A stretch of DNA of 60,795 nt, from positions 1-60,795 of the IMG/VR virus record IMGVR_UViG_3300012078_000002; one strand, given 5' to 3'. Origin of the DNA: a virus. Both the position numbers and the translations under genes were made by a program. Positions 59,930 through 60,795 of this stretch are shown one piece after another. Every line of letters starts with the position of its first letter. Within the stretch, counting starts at the first letter, position 1. The notes beneath the pieces are model-generated. The model had not been told where the DNA came from and did not search any database. It was given only the letters and a program-made list of their open reading frames with translations.

Positions 59930-59976
59930 TTGACAATCTCCCTTCATCCCCCTATAATTGGGGGTGTACAGTATAA

Positions 59977-60213
59977 TTATTTATTCGATTCCCCGGCTGA
60001 CTCCGCAGCTGGGGTTTTGCTATCCCCATGGCGCATGTTAAACAGTATGCCAAACAGTTCTGCCACCTCTTCTGCTGTATAGGCAGCGCCGAGGTTGTGT
60101 TCTGCATGGCTCCAAATCCATCCCGCGATATTGCAAAATGCCGTGCCAAAATCTTCACCGGCAAGTAGTGCTGCGTAATCCAGGGCGGTCAACCTTACTA
60201 TTATTTTTTCCAT
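59977..60213 (-). CDS. hypothetical protein (78 aa)
   Basis: Start moved to MEKIIVRL behind AGGAGGAAAG. Confidence 0.55.
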   Translation of the reverse strand: MEKIIVRLTALDYAALLAGEDFGTAFCNIAGWIWSHAEHNLGAAYTAEEVAELFGILFNMRHGDSKTPAAESAGESNK

Positions 60214-60226
60214 TGCTTTCCTCCTT

Positions 60227-60427
60227 TCACTGGACAAGCATCTTCCCGCATGATTTGCAGTAAGCATGTATATGATTATTCGTGCCACTTCTGGAAAACC
60301 GCATTGTACCGCCACATGTGCAAGTTATTTTTTCTTTACCCTCTTTCTCGGATTTTTCAATTAATTCAATAAATTGATTTAATTCCCTTATCTTTAATTG
60401 GATTGATTCATTCGCTTTTGCTTCCAT
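60227..60427 (-). CDS. zinc-ribbon protein (66 aa)
   Basis: CTCGG...CKSCGK. Start moved to MEAKANES. Overlaps the repeat-protein stop by 20 nt. Confidence 0.55.
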   Translation of the reverse strand: MEAKANESIQLKIRELNQFIELIEKSEKEGKEKITCTCGGTMRFSRSGTNNHIHAYCKSCGKMLVQ

Positions 60428-60795
60428 TTGCCGATTCCTCCGTTTTGTTTTCAAAAGCAATCATCTCAAATCTGTCAAGCGAATCTGCCGGAACCATGAC
60501 TTTGATTTTGGGATAATTTTTAAAGTCTCTGGCGGTGGAGCTTCCCCGCATCTCGCCGACATTGGAGCTTCCCCGCATCTCGCCGACATTGGAGCTTTCC
60601 CACATCACGCCGACATTGGAGCTTTCCCACATCACGCCGACATTGGAGCTTCCCCGCATCACGCCGACATTGGAGCTTCCCCGCATCTCGCCGACATTGG
60701 AGCTTTCCCACATCACGCCGACATTGGAGCTTTCCCACATCACGCCGACATTGGAGCTTTCCCACATCACGCCGACATTGGAGCTTTCCCACATC
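60408..60795 (-). CDS. Tandem-repeat protein, C-terminal part (enters the window at 60795)
   Basis: ORF 60408..60794 carries SSNVG[V/E]M[W/R][E/G] repeats, then SSTARDFKNYPKIKVMVPADSLDRFEMIAFENKTEESANGSKSE. Same phase as the ORF that leaves at base 1. Confidence 0.8.
   Translation of the reverse strand, partial: MWESSNVGVMWESSNVGVMWESSNVGVMWESSNVGEMRGSSNVGVMRGSSNVGVMWESSNVGVMWESSNVGEMRGSSNVGEMRGSSTARDFKNYPKIKVMVPADSLDRFEMIAFENKTEESANGSKSE
60538..60795. repeat. 27-bp tandem repeat array, 9.6 units (window-end part)
   Basis: Same unit as 1..351, beginning at 60538. The last unit is truncated after 15 nt by the window edge. Confidence 0.97.
60673..60795. repeat. 123-bp terminal direct repeat (identical to 1..123)
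   Basis: Unit-variant order (C-G-T unit, three T-A-A units, then the first 15 nt of the next unit) is the same at both ends. Read base by base. Confidence 0.9.

Noticed and set aside
60520-60792. Alternative minus-strand frame through the array (GKLQCRRDV repeats, 90 aa).
   Set aside because: It is open only inside the repeats and stops immediately outside them. The other minus frame links to the N- and C-terminal unique domains.
1-60795. An integrated prophage with host flanks, att direct repeats at the window ends, or rRNA/CRISPR loci.
   Set aside because: Both ends fall in the same phage gene and overlap each other. No housekeeping-type genes, rRNA, canonical tRNA or CRISPR repeats were seen anywhere.

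Overview
The window is essentially one complete genome of a temperate tailed phage (Caudoviricetes) from a Gram-positive, Clostridia-like host. The host guess rests on GGAGG-type ribosome binding sites, a choline/cell-wall-binding-repeat endolysin, an XhlA-like protein and a PBSX-type tail. The first 123 bp are identical to the last 123 bp, so the sequence closes into a circle of about 60,672 bp or is terminally redundant. I see no host flank. I call about 115 protein genes. More than 90% are on the minus strand, tightly packed, with many ATGA or 4-14 nt start/stop overlaps.

Gene order, reading the minus strand from the genetic switch at 4.8 kb across the window junction:
- Early operon: AntA/KilAC antirepressor, HTH proteins, a Myb/SANT protein, an N6-methylase-like protein lacking the catalytic motif, a second tyrosine recombinase, and a 27-bp tandem-repeat gene that spans the junction.
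- Recombination module: SMC-like ATPase, RecT, PD-(D/E)XK exonuclease, RusA, HNH.
- A 410-bp structured region with no long ORF.
- Replication: DnaD-like organiser with internal iterons, and DnaB.
- A cluster that looks like nucleic-acid modification: DPPY methyltransferase, ASCH, radical SAM, PP-loop PAPS-reductase-like protein.
- Late regulator candidate, then a 475-bp structured leader.
- Packaging and head: TerS, TerL, SPP1-type portal, Mu-F-like protein, scaffold, SU10/DUF5309-type capsid, connectors.
- Contractile tail: sheath, tube, chaperone with a -1 frameshift site, tape measure, LysM protein, XkdQ-to-XkdU-like baseplate, fibre.
- Lysis: holin, three-domain endolysin, XhlA-like protein.
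- About 11 kb of mixed-orientation accessory genes.
- attP candidate, integrase and CI-like repressor.

The most unusual items are:
- the junction-spanning in-frame 27-bp repeat gene, which varies at only three nonsynonymous positions;
- two large GC-rich structured noncoding regions, one containing a tRNA-like three-hairpin domain;
- a 67-bp tandem repeat in front of the scaffold/capsid operon;
- the PAPS-reductase/radical-SAM/ASCH/methyltransferase cluster;
- a second recombinase next to the degenerate methylase-like gene;
- several moron-like insertions inside the structural operon.

All functional calls come from motifs readable in the translated ORFs and from memory of protein families. 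No searches were run. Start codons that I moved relative to the ORF track are inferred from Shine-Dalgarno spacing.
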